This document shows, one piece after another, positions 1 through 11,962 of a stretch of DNA of 64,000 bases. The position numbers were made by a program, and so were the translations under genes. Within the stretch, counting starts at the first letter, position 1, and each line of letters starts with the position of its first letter. The stretch is from Perna viridis (lineage: Eukaryota): assembly GCA_037379345.1 (NCBI GenBank), contig CM074525.1:24979840-25043839 (forward strand), in the 5' to 3' direction. The notes under the pieces were generated by a model. That model was not told the DNA's origin. It searched no databases and was given only the letters and a program-made list of their open reading frames with translations.

Positions 1-2529
1 TTCCCAAACTACTTGCCATTCACCACAAGGCCGTTCAGTAATTTCTGCATAGGTTCCTTGCTGTACAAACATGTAGACAGAAACCTAATTTAACGAAATC
101 ACTAGAAAAGTTATCTCGTTACGTAAACCGCGTAAACGTGAATATTTTTGTATATTTCTCGATTTTAGGGGGGGGCGGGGGTAAGGAAAAGTTATTGGTT
201 ATCTAGATTTAAATCACATGCTTTTAACATTGGCACGTGATTTACACACTTCCATTACAGTGCATCCGTATTTACCATTTCGGAATTAGACTGCGCCAAG
301 AATGTCTGATCTAAAATGTATACATCTGGTTAAGCAGGGGCGTAGCTTGGGTGTATTTACCGAGACAAGAGGTCATGGGCGTAGTCCTACAGAAACTTGA
401 TATTTTGTGAATGGAGATACGTAATTTAGCACTTAAATCAGATGTTTAAGACCTGGTAGGACAGTCTTACTAAGAGTGTTTTAATATCACAAACTGACTT
501 ACTCTACATGTTTTCCAGTATAACAATGCATATCCCACGTTAACCGAAGCCCATTGAGAGTGTTGGTTCACATTCATAACATATTTGGCAGACATATTTT
601 GATTGACTTGTATCAGCTATTTAAGAAAAAAAAAACAAAAAAGTCTAGTTCTTTTCCCTGGCGCAGTCGGTATTGTTACGCTTTTTACCTTTTGCCCTTA
701 AACTAACCTGATGACAATTCTGTTCCCTGATTGGCTAAATACTGATAACTTAAAGGCGTTCAAAAAACCTGTATCGAAAATTGCGCGCTCTTGTTATTTC
801 CTGAATGAAATGTAGAAAATTATAGGTAAAAGAAAAAAAAATTATTGCGCCGGCTATTTTTTTACAGATAGTTCTTGTTAATATCAACGAACGTACTAAG
901 TTAACCAACCAACGGACGTACTAGGTTAACGGACCAACGGAACGTTTTCCAATGTTAACCAATGTTAACGGACTCAGAACGGCCTCCCGGCCTCCTCATT
1001 TAACCGTTTGACGACCGTGTATCCGTATACGGGGCAAGGCCATACCTGCGTTTACATGGTGTTAAACATGATTTACCAGAAAACAGATGTAACTAGTCTG
1101 TGGAAAGAGTTGAAAGATGTAATATTGACGCATTGAATACACTTAAAGTGAAGGTTTAGGGTACCATAACATGTAAACATGAATAGCGATACATTGATCT
1201 AATTGATTGTTTCACAGATGCAATGTACAGATTCTTCTATTACCACTGGAGTCAAACTTGCGGGAGTTTTCAATGATACTTTGGTTTCAATTTCTTAAAA
1301 TATTGTTACTGTTACATCTCTCCTATATAAGACCTGGGGCGGATTCTGGCTCCCCTCTCTAAAATTTGCAAAGCTTGGGTTGCCAGGGGTAGATTTAGGC
1401 GGTTTTAGGTTGAAATTTTATTTTCTTGCTAATTTTACCAATTTTACCACAAAAGATATCTACATTGCACCCACTCTAGAAGAGTATTTCAAAAATTAAA
1501 CTAAAAGAATTTTAACTGTGCGCCCCTATCTAAAATCCTGTACCCACCCCTGAAGACAGTTTTATAGATGTACATAAGTATTTATAAATTCAGTATAAAG
1601 ACTGATTAACTTACGGCTAACTAAATATTGTCATGATGTGTCAACTACAATTGTATATGATTTGCTCTCTTGTTTTTTTTTTTATGGAAAGCCAGAGTGG
1701 ACCACCCGAAGTTACAATATTCCATAGGTTTCAATGGGAGAAAATTTGTAACTTCGGGGGGTCCACTCTGGCTTTCCATAGTTTTTCGAGTTCAGACATA
1801 TTGATTCTCCAATATCAACACGTGTGGGTGGATACTTCTTTAATATATTTAAATTTGATGCGTTATTCATTTTAACATATTTGAAAAAAAAGATCGAACA
1901 ATATGGTAAATTAAAGCAAAGGCCTACTAACCAAGGAGTCAAAAGTGTAAAATTTTGACTTGAAGTTAATAAATCAAGGCTCATTATTAGACTGATAGAC
2001 TATTTCCGCTGTCAGTTTCACCAAAGCGCTGAGTACGTTTCACTGATTACATGTGACACATGATTTTTTTGCTCTGTTTTTCTTTTCATATTAATAAATA
2101 TGAAAACCAATATCATTACAGATCTCCGATAAACATGGTCAAAATGAGCTTTTACTTAATTCCGTTCTTACTCTCGATTATACAAGTATAGTAAATTTTA
2201 TCGAGGTTGGTAAATAAGTGGATGGAGAGGTGGTACACTGTACACCCTGTGTCGACAATCTGAATTATGGATATGCAGATTGTCATCACCAAGTCCAGAT
2301 AAGAGTCTCCCAGAATGGAATTGCTAAATATGAGGTAGATCGTGGTGTTATGTAGTAAAACAGACATCTTTACCAATTACACACTTTCTGTGTAAAATTG
2401 AGGAGGGGCATACCTTTCGCTTTTTGTTTTATATCATGAAATTCTTTTTTTTTTTTTTGCCACTAAATGTGTTTTTATGTTGACAGTTACACTTTATAAT
2501 TTTGAACAATGCATGCGCTCGGTCTGTAA

Positions 2530-3195
2530 GAGAATCACAAGAAAGAACAAAAAGTAACTAAAATCATACATACAAAGTAACTCGGACTCCACTAAAAACT
2601 GGGAGCATGATCCAGGTGCACCGGTAGGGTATGCTTCCTCTGATTTTCTAGAAACACCCGCCCAGTTGGTCATAAAAAAAAGTCAAGCCCGGGGTAGACG
2701 AAAGAGGACAGGAAAACTATGACACGTTGAACAAATCAGTTTTCATGGTGCAGATGGACACCGTCACGATTCATGAGTTCATGATGACGACCCTAAAACT
2801 TCTGTAGTGATGACCTCAATTTGTACGGTACAAAATGTAGTTACGACAAGCTCTGGCATAACGTATGAGTTGGGATATGAAAACTGCATACGCAGATGCT
2901 GAAGGAATGTTGCCACAGATGAAAAGAAAGTTGACAATTCTAAATGAAAAGTCACGACGTTTGTCGTAAAGTTTGGTCATTTTCCTTTACCTTAGGACTA
3001 GATATGAGGTGCCTGAATTATCCTGTATTATTTCAAGTTCTTTTGGGTAGATGCGATGTATCAAATCACCGAAACTAGAATTATTTAACGATAATATGTC
3101 ATCTATATATCGGAAACTGAGATTAAAATAATCTACCTAAACGATGTTCTTTTTTTCGGAACAGACCAGCTATAAAGTCAACTTCATAAGAGGAA
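2530..3195 (-). mobile_element. Penelope-like retroelement 3' fragment (RT motif C, thumb, 3' UTR), degenerate
   Basis: The reverse complement matches the copies at 9225 and 18530, including an FRYIDD-coding segment and the GCACCTGG 3' module. Confidence 0.8.
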
Positions 3196-3438
3196 CATAC
3201 CACAGAAAACAAAGACATTCTATTATTTTCTTTATAATGAAGCAACTATTACATTTATCCTTACCCCCAAAAGACTAACAACGGAAGTAATAAGTCCACA
3301 ATGCATGCGATTGGTTTGTACATATATTTCTTTGACCTTGTACGGAATATTGGTCCGAATCCTTCTCTAGGTCATACTGATAACGCGTTTAAAAGTATAC
3401 CTGTCCCCGCAAGTGTCGCATTTTTTGTCTTTCTTTTT

Positions 3439-3469
<31 letters not shown>

Positions 3470-4121
3470 GTCTTATTTTATTATTATTATTTTTTTATAA
3501 ATTTGTATTGTTTTGTTGTTGTTGGTGTTGACGTAATGGAGCTTTGTTGTTTTCTTCCTTATAGTCGCCAGACACATTGAAAAAAAGTTGTATATATTAT
3601 ATCATAGTTCAAGTTTCAAATCAAAGCCGTTTCTGTACTATTCAGTGTGCAAAGAACCAAGTTTACACAGTGGTGAAAGACGGACAACATTCATTTTTTT
3701 CTTGTACACGAAAACACATTTTATGATTTTCTGAAAAAGGAGGGGGTTTGATTGGTCAAAATAAGACCCCACTCCAGTGAACGGATTCGCCAAAAACCCT
3801 TTTCTGACTGGTTAAATTGTTAATGCTTCCTTTTTTTTATTTTGTTTTTGTTTTTGTTTTTGTTTGTTTGTTTGTTTGTTTTGTTTTTGGTGTTCTATAT
3901 TTTCAAAATCTACTTTATACAGCCTCGTTACATATTGGTGTCAGCTAGGGTATTCGGGGTCAAGGTTCCCACTATCCTTCTCTCGGATCATAACAATGAC
4001 CTACTGATTTCACTCAATTATTCGATACAATGTCTTCTCTTTATGTAATTCCTGGGTAAATATTATGGAGAAAACCCGGTTAGTATCTGATATGGGGGTC
4101 AAGGCCGCTTGTTTTATCGGG

Positions 4122-4153
4122 TATAAAGAGCCAAAATCTGAATGCCTGATCAG
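4122..4153 (+). promoter_or_regulatory. TATA box plus Inr-like element of gene 1
   Basis: TATAAAGA at 4122-4129; TCAGA ~30 nt downstream (4150-4154); ATG in CATCATG context at 4188. Confidence 0.6.
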
Positions 4154-4187
4154 AAATCGATATTTAATGTACAACCTTTCGTTCATC

Positions 4188-4257
4188 ATGTACATTTCAC
4201 GTTTTGAAGGAATTTTAGGATATTTTCTATTGCTTTGTGCAAGTCTAAGCCTGGCTA
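4188..4257 (+). CDS. Gene 1 exon 1: signal peptide of a secreted precursor protein
   Basis: MYISRFEGILGYFLLLCASLSLA (hydrophobic core, S-L-A cleavage site), then A|GTAAGT consensus donor in phase 1. An alternative in-frame ATG lies at 4167. Confidence 0.75.
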
Positions 4258-4666
4258 GTAAGTTCGTAAAATATTACACAATTTTTGAATAGAAAGCCAG
4301 ACAAGAACATGCATATAAGACTATATCAAACAAAAGTCGTACTTTTCATGATCATCAAATGATACATATTGTTTTGTTCATTTTTTTATTCTGGTGCTGT
4401 TTTTTTTGGGGGGTTTTTTTGGTGTTTTTTTTTTATTATTTTTTGTGGTTTTTTTTTGGGGGGTGTGTGTTTAAAAGTTATTACACCGTTTCATTCCTGG
4501 AACCGTTATCTTATGTGATTCTTGATTATATTTTGCCGACAGCGAAACTGATTTTTTTTTATGTCAGAAAATTAAACTGAGGGTGAGTTTGTTTTGAAAA
4601 CAGGAAGCCAATGGACGCAGACGAGTGAAAAAAACCGTGGGCGATACATTAGAATAATTAATGTAA

Positions 4667-4668
<2 letters not shown>

Positions 4669-4757
<89 letters not shown>
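4669..4757. repeat. (TA)n microsatellite
   Basis: ~44 perfect dinucleotide units in gene 1 intron 1. Confidence 0.95.
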
Positions 4758-4759
<2 letters not shown>

Positions 4760-6553
4760 TCAGGGCGCTTACCCTACCGGATCAACTGGTCCAAGCTCCC
4801 AGTTTTTAGTGGAATCCGTGTTGTTTTTGTGTGTGTGTGTGTGTGATGTGCACGTGTGCTGTTTTGATACTTTTTTTACGGATCGCACCACTACATGTTG
4901 TTACATCCTGCTTTCTTGAATACTAACTATTAATGAGTTTTGAATTTAAGCAACGTTTACGTTATTTAATTATTTTTATTTTTATTTTGTAAATGATATC
5001 ACAATTTTCTAAACTTAAACGGAATAAAAAGTAGTCAGCACGCAAGAAAAGTTTTTTAAAGTTTTTAGGCATGTGCATGTATACAGGTGTATCAAGTAAA
5101 CTTTGACAAATGGCTTTAGAATGGTAGAAGTTTTGTTCTCTTTTTTTTATTAGATGGTCCACTGTAATGTGGGTAAATTATTTACAGCATTGCCAATGAC
5201 AATGTTAAAAGTTGTTAATAGTTTGAGTAAATTCCAAAATCTACACGATACCGTTAATATTTCAGTCGCAATTTCTTGACTAAATAAAATATTCGTGTTC
5301 AAATACACAGAACTTTTAATAACATTTATCCCGACATTAATTTTCAACTCTCACCGGACTAGCAAAAAAAACATTTTTAAAACGGATTTGAACATACTTT
5401 CTTTAAATCTATTGCCTTTTCTTTTTTATCTTTCATTTTTCCCAAACTTCACGTATTGTTACGACGTTCAAAGTCTGACTAATTATAGCGTCAGAGAGAG
5501 GCAATGAAAAAGAAATCATGGTTTCATCAAATATTAAGTTTTTAGCATATGTCGAACAACTTATTTCCGTACGCATGTTGCCAAGATGTTTATTTTGTTA
5601 CATATATACACACCGGCTGCCTCAGTTCAGCAAGGATGTACATTCTGGAAAATTTTAAACAAAAAAGAACTTTACAAACTGACTATACTTATTTTTTTAA
5701 CCAAAAAAAAAAATTAAAATACAATAAAGAAAGCGATGTATATGCTTTCATGGGAATACTTTCATATTTTGTTCAGCGCACGGATTATAAATGTCACATT
5801 AGAATATTTCAACTTAAAATCACAAGACATTTCTTGCAATAAAGTATAGAAATATCCACTTTATTGTACAGCCAATACATTTAATGCATCAAGTAATAGA
5901 CCCTTTTGTACTAACTGTAGAGTAGTCGATGAGCATGCGTAGAGCATGCTCAATATACACTTCCACGAGGAAAATTCTTTTGTTCTACCCTACCTCGCCG
6001 GAAGTGTATATTGAGCATGCTCACCAACTTACCACAAAATGGTGTATTTTCTTTGTCTTGTCACTGGATTGCGTTTTTATAACGTTTAAATTCTGTTTCT
6101 TTAATTGTCCTTTTAAAGTGAAAATAATACATGTATCCCTTGGCTCATCCCGTAGATCACATGATCAATCTGTGTTTTTTTTTTTCAAAAAAAACTTCAA
6201 AACATTTTGTAACTAATTAATTACTTTACAAAGTAAATTAAAAAAAATAAAAAAAAAGAAAAAAAGGTGAAAATTAATTTAACAATGTAAAACCCTAAAA
6301 CACTGAGGTTACAAACCTTTAGTTGCACATGGTGGGAATTTCGTTTCCTATATCAATTTATTGCTTTTGTTTTGACTACTTTAATCCAGTTGCTAATGAG
6401 AAGTTACCGTATACCGAAGTTTACAGTATTAGGATATATTATATTTAATTGTTATTTTTATATTTTTACAAAACAAAAACCAAAATGCAGGAAACGTTGA
6501 AATTTTCTGTTCTTAAGCGTTCATGTATGTATATATTTGTTTTTTTTTTTCAG

Positions 6554-6586
6554 AAGTAATAAAAACGCCATCTGAGTCATGGAAAC
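6554..6586 (+). CDS. Gene 1 exon 2 (33 nt)
   Basis: Poly-T-CAG acceptor and GTAAGT donor; symmetric phase 1; reads (K)VIKTPSESWK(H) in frame with both neighbours. Confidence 0.75.
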
Positions 6587-6860
6587 GTAAGTGTTCTCTT
6601 TTCTATCTTTTTCTGTTTAATAAAAAATTAACATAGAAATATCTTATCTACGATCATCATGATTATACACCACTTCCTACGAGCTGTACGTGTCTATTGG
6701 CAGCACCTTTCTCACATGAAATCTTAATGGATGCATTTATTTCATAAAATAAAATTTACAAATTAATTCGAGGTATTTTCTTTTTTTCAATTGAAATTTT
6801 TGCGTTCGTCTATACTCTTAAGACTGTCCATGAATGTAATGGTTTTAAACACATTTTCAG

Positions 6861-7211
6861 ATGATGATAGATCTTTAGAAAAGTTGGTGCAGTGTTTAAG
6901 GAATTGTCAAGTCGCATCTTCAGCAGAGCCAATCAATTTAAAAAGACTTTTGAAGTTTAAAATCGGAAGTCGTAACTTAGTTGACAGTGCTCAAGATGAC
7001 GTTTTAGATCTCGCAAAATCTGTCGGAACGAACGCTTTGTCTCAAAATAACGAGGAATCTAATAGTGAAAATAATGATAAATCATCACGTGAGTCTCCAA
7101 CCAGCGCAGGAACCGGAAGTGTTGTCATAGAACATACTGATGATATCACGATTCCCAATGTAAACTGGTACTGTCATAACAATTGTTGGCACGTGTCAAG
7201 TGTTGCTGTCG
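6861..7211 (+). CDS. Gene 1 exon 3 (351 nt): CxxxC motif, KR site, acidic spacer, CxxxC motif
   Basis: TTTTCAG acceptor and GTATGT donor; phase 1-1; the only open frame reads DDRSLEKLVQCLRNCQ...NLKR...NWYCHNNCWHVSSVAV. Confidence 0.8.
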
Positions 7212-7764
7212 GTATGTTTTGAATTATAATTCACCTTTTATCGTTTGCTCTAGCCTGACTGGTACTAGAAGATATGCAGCAATGGATCCAGGAGGAGGGA
7301 ATCTCTGGATTGAAACACCCCCATTATTTACAGGGACTTACTCCCACTATTAAATATGCAGCCCCACTAATATATAATTCTAGGTTATATACTGGTGGGG
7401 CTGCATATTTGATAGTGAGAGCAAGCCCTTGAGCATTATTTGCCGGGATCGTCATGTATTCTTTGAAGTTACCACATACGACACAATCCCGTCGTAGAAA
7501 CGCTAGTTGTACGTGATATATTGTCAAGTTTCTCTGTCGAAGTATGCATGCTTTCTGCTTCTTTTTAAACAAAAATAAACCTGTGTACAACGAGATACGA
7601 AATTTTTTATTTACACCAATACATTTACAGAAAATGGTCTTGACACTAACACAAGAAAAACAGGATATGAAAATTTCATATAAAAACAAACAAACAAACA
7701 AAATCAATGAACAAATGCAGTGACGGCGGTGTATATCTACATGTACCTATTTTGTATTTTTCAG

Positions 7765-7769
7765 GTTGA
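7765..7769 (+). CDS. Gene 1 terminal coding exon (G|GT TGA; protein ends ...VAVG*)
   Basis: Strong acceptor TTTGTATTTTTCAG at 7764; the phase-1 join gives Gly then stop; AATAAA at ~8043 could end the 3' UTR. Confidence 0.55.
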
Positions 7770-8134
7770 CTCGTGTTTGATGAGCTGTGATCAGACCGAA
7801 AATGACTGCTCCGTTGTCTGTCTTGTAATTGCATGTATCTGTTTCATCGTCTTTGTAGGTTTTATGAATTTGTTTGACCTCTTTGTAACGTTTGTCAGTC
7901 TTGTAATTTTATGTGAGACCATAGTGATATATGATTTTGTTGTTAACGTTATTCCTCGTTCATCGCAACGTTATATTTCTTTTTTTTAATTTATAAATTT
8001 TATCAGACATGTTACGTTTTTAATCACGTGCCCATTATGGAAAATAAAGAGTCAAAACTTTGTTGGGGGCAGAGACTGTAACAACAAATAAAATATAACA
8101 CATTCAAGGAAAAATGCTTACTCTTTGGGCCTAA

Positions 8135-8900
8135 GATGTCGGTGTGCTCCCCAGTATTACGATTTCAGTGTGCACCCCAGTTTTAAGATTTCAGTGTGCT
8201 CCCTTGGCTGTGGATGTTGGTGTGCTCCGTGGTATTAAGATATCGGTGTGCTCCCTTGGCTCCTCTGGTTTAATTTGGTGTGCTCCCCAGGTTTAAGTTG
8301 TCGATGGATTCCCTTGGCTGTGGATGTTGGTATACACCCTGGGTTTATGATGTCAGTGTGCTCCTTTGGCTGAAGTTGTTGGTGTGCTTCCAGTTGGGTG
8401 ATTTGCTCCCTTGACTGTGGAAGTTGATGTGTTCTCTGGGTTTAAAAGGTTGGTGAGCTCCTTATGCTGTGGATGTTGGTATGCTCACTGGGTTTGTAAG
8501 ATGTCAGTATCCTCCATATGCTGTAGATGTTGGTGTAATCCCTAGGTTTAAGATGTCGGTGTGCTCCCTTGGCTGTGGATGTTGGTGTGCTCCCCATGTT
8601 TAAGATGTCGGTGTGCTCCCTTGGCTGTGGATGTTGGTGTGCTCCCCATGTTTAAGATGTCGGTGTACTCCCTTGCCTGTGGATGTTGGTGTGCTCCCCA
8701 TGTTTAAGTTGACGGTGTGTTCAATCGGCTGTGGATGTTGGTGTGCTCCCTGGTTTAAGATGTCGGTGTCCTCCCTATGCTGTGGATTTTTGTGTGATCC
8801 CTGGGTTTATTGATGTCTGTGTGCTACATCGGTTTTAAGGATCTCTGTGCTCCATTGGATTTAGATGAAGCTGTGTACCCCGGGGTTTTGAGAACTCAGT
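8135..8900. repeat. Minisatellite, 26-bp monomer alternating as a 52-bp dimer
   Basis: GATGTCGGTGTGCTCCCTTGGCTGTG / GATGTTGGTGTGCTCCCCATGTTTAA. Confidence 0.9.
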
Positions 8901-9224
8901 GCTGACTGCATAGGGATTCATATGACGGTGTGCTATCTAGATTTTTAAATGATGGGATCTTCACCATGCATTAGATTGTCCACTGTCTATTTTTTGTATG
9001 TTTTCTTTTAGTTTTTGTATGTTGCTTATTGTATCTATCCAGTTTGTATTTACTTTCATTTTCGTATTTTATAATCCTTCAACCGTGAATTTCGGGAGAA
9101 ATTCCTTCATCTGTGACTTTGGGAGAATCATTTCGTGAAAAATTCATATTTATAGATGGATTGTTTGTGCCAAATACATATTTTAGTGGCATAATTTACC
9201 CACATATATTTCTTTCATCGATTT

Positions 9225-9855
9225 CTAAGTGTATACCTACACTTAGAAATCGATGGTAAAGGAAAACTATTGACCAAACTTTACGACAAACGCGATGACT
9301 GCATTCCAAATTGTCAACTTTCCTTTCATCTGCGGCAACATCCCTTCAGCACCTGCGTATGGAGTGTTCATATCACAACTGATACGTTATGCCAGAGCTT
9401 GCCGAAACTACGCAGACTTTTTGTATCGCGCTAGAACTCTAACAAATAGGCTTCTGGAACAGGTTATGTTGCTACAAGATTGAAGTCATCACTACAGAAG
9501 TTTTATGGTCGTCATCATGAACTCGTGGATCGTTATGGTGTATCCATCTGCACCATGAAAACTGATTTATTCAACGGGTCATAGTTTTCCTTTCCCCGTT
9601 TATCTACCCCGGACTTGACTTTTTATGAGCAACTCGGCAGGTGTTTCTAGAAAAGCAGAGGACGCTTACCCTACCGGTGCACCTGGTCCATGCTCCCAGT
9701 TTTTAGTGGAGTCCGAGTTGCTCATTTGCTTTTGTTACTTTTTTTTGTATGTATGATTTTATTTACTTCATATTCTTTGTTGTGTATGTCTGTTTTGCAT
9801 GTCTGGTCTTTGTCCCTGGATTACATTCTTTTGATTACTTGATTACTCTTTCAAT
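9225..9855 (+). mobile_element. Penelope-like retroelement 3' fragment
   Basis: LEIDGKGKLLTKLYDKRD..IVNFPFICGNIPSAPAYGVFISQLIRYARAC...KFYGRHHELVDRYG...DLFNGS* with frameshifts, followed by a structured 3' UTR. There is no C-terminal GIY-YIG after the RT. Confidence 0.85.
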
Positions 9856-11691
9856 TGCTCCAGTATAGAAAATTTCTTTGCAACAGACGATATATGTTCG
9901 TGATTCAATTAATATATACGTAGAACATGGTAAGTTGTGGGCAAGAAATTATCCTCTAACAGAGGCGGATAAAAATTGAAGAACTGAAGAGTGTGTTGAC
10001 TAGCCAAAGATGGGACGTACATTGTCAGGCTTCAGTGGTTTTCTTTTTCGACTAACATTTTTCCGAGAAAAAAAAACGGGGAGGGTCTGTGGGGCCGGGT
10101 CGGGATCTCTCTTTGTCTATCTGAATCTTATAGGTGAAATCAAACGCCGAGTCTACTGACGAGTTACAAGTATCAGATCTTAAATGTAATGGTTCGTGTG
10201 TTCTAGTACATCAGTAAATATTTAAATATTTTTGTGCATTGCTCTTGAAAAAAGCAAATCAAATTGTAAACATTGGAAACCTTTTGAAATTAAACACTGT
10301 GTATTTTACAACTGACGTCCCAGTATCAGGAAGAAGGAAGAGAAGTAAAAAATATCAGTTCATATTTTCTTTTACTTTAAGTGTCGATTACACATCTTTA
10401 TCCTACTTCATTTTTAAAAGCTGGCTCAAGCAAATGCTTAATTTAATGTGCAAATGGGTTCATCCTTTAGAGGAACAAACGTAAGGGCGGCTAAAAAGGG
10501 CGCTAAATTGACACAAACGGATATTTTTCCATTAATATCCTCGGTTTTAGACAAAATGGAATATTAAAGTGTTAATTAACAGGAAACCCTTGGACAGAAC
10601 ATATTGTTGGGGACACCTTTAAGATAGGAAACTAATGTTAACTTGTGTTTCGTTGGTTAAAGAGGTAATTATTTCTTTTCAGTATAACATTATGAATAAA
10701 CAAGTTTAAATTAGTTTATTACCACAACTAAAATGCCAACAACTGTTACATGACTTCAGAATTAATTACACAGCCAATAAAGTAAACTAAATTCGTTAGC
10801 AATATAATGTATCTATTCAGGACTAAAAAGACAGTGGCTGATACAGGGGAAGGGTTCCGGTATTTGGACTCCCCATTGTTACATAATTTGTCAAAATTGA
10901 TCCTACACTCTCTTCTCAAGTTTCTGGATTGGAACCCCCCGCTTTTAAAGAATTCTGGATTTGATCTTCCGCCCTCCGCTTTTAAAGGTTCTGGATTGGA
11001 AACATATAAATCGCTCATTGAAAACAAAAAGAAAAACGGACAAAAATGGAGAAATAAAAAAATACCGACAAAAATGGAGTAATAAGAAACAAAGACAAAA
11101 ACCAATACAAATTTCGCATTTTATTTTTATTCCCAAATAAGTAATAACCACATACCAGTCAGGGGTTGACATTTAAACTAGTGTATAGAAAACTAAATTA
11201 AAATCTTATTATAGTCAATCAGATCAGTGATTTCAAAACTGGTTATAGCTGTCTATACCGTTACACACCAAAGAATTGTTTACTCATGCATGACGATGTT
11301 GTACAGGTAACCATCACAGGTAGAGAGAAAATTCTACCGAAAGACCGGTATCAGAAAGTCATTAAAGACAACATATTAACCTATTGATCTGGACTGGTGT
11401 ATTTGTTTACATTTTGGGTATTTGAACATTTCGAGCTCTAACTTGTAGCACTGCTGATGAATGTGTAATGGACTATGTAAAGTACGGTTCTGAGTCTGGT
11501 AACTGATATTTATAGACTGAATGAAAATGGAATATTTGCATTAAATGGAAACGTGACTTGGAATTGAGGACTCGCCCTAACAACACATATAAATACATCA
11601 GTTTTTGGATTAAATACTCCTACATTTTAATTAAAAATGGGTAAGTGATGTTAAGTGTTTAGTTCTTCACATCAATGGAACCTCTATTACG

Positions 11692-11785
11692 TTCATTTTG
11701 TCATCCATTTCATGTTCATCGCATGAACATAGCTGATATATTGCTGCTCGGGCGTTAATCCCCGACAAATAATCAATCAATCAAT
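11692..11785 (+). mobile_element. 5'-truncated tail of the same SINE family, ending in (AATC)n
   Basis: TTCATTTTGTCATCCATTTCATGTTCATCG matches 62171-62200, followed by ATAGCTGATATATTGCTG...GGCGTTAA...AATCAATCAATCAAT. Confidence 0.7.
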
Positions 11786-11789
11786 GATA

Positions 11790-11962
11790 CCTCAGGGTAC
11801 ACCTACTCATAATTACAAGCACTGTAGAATTCAGAAAACACCTACTCATACTTACAAGCGCGGTAGACTTCAGGGTACACCTACAAGTGCGGTAGACTAC
11901 AGGGTACACCTACAAGCGCGGTAGACTTCAGGGTACACCTACTCCTAATTACAAGCACGGTA
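11790..11962. repeat. Minisatellite, 39/29-bp units
   Basis: CAGGGTACACCTAC(TCATAATTAC)AAGCGCGGTAGACTT x~5. Confidence 0.85.

Noticed and set aside
2152-2390. Minus-strand exon-like segment (also 15300-15780 and 59735-60030)
   Set aside because: There are stops in the plausible frames and no identifiable homology, so these cannot be supported as genes.
3301-4580. Phe-rich 'membrane protein' ORFs (3301, 3842, 4359; also 10746)
   Set aside because: They derive from poly-T, GTTT low-complexity tracts and MITE sequence.
6579-6586. ATG in exon 2 as the start of gene 1
   Set aside because: It gives phase 2 and an immediate ACA TGA after splicing. The phase-1 frame with the upstream signal-peptide exon is consistent.
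7767-7769. UGA as selenocysteine in gene 1
   Set aside because: Read-through adds only LVFDEL before another TGA, and no SECIS is recognisable by eye.
11440-11500. Hammerhead ribozyme at CTGATGA (also ~31943)
   Set aside because: There is no stem II plus GAAA core in the right geometry.
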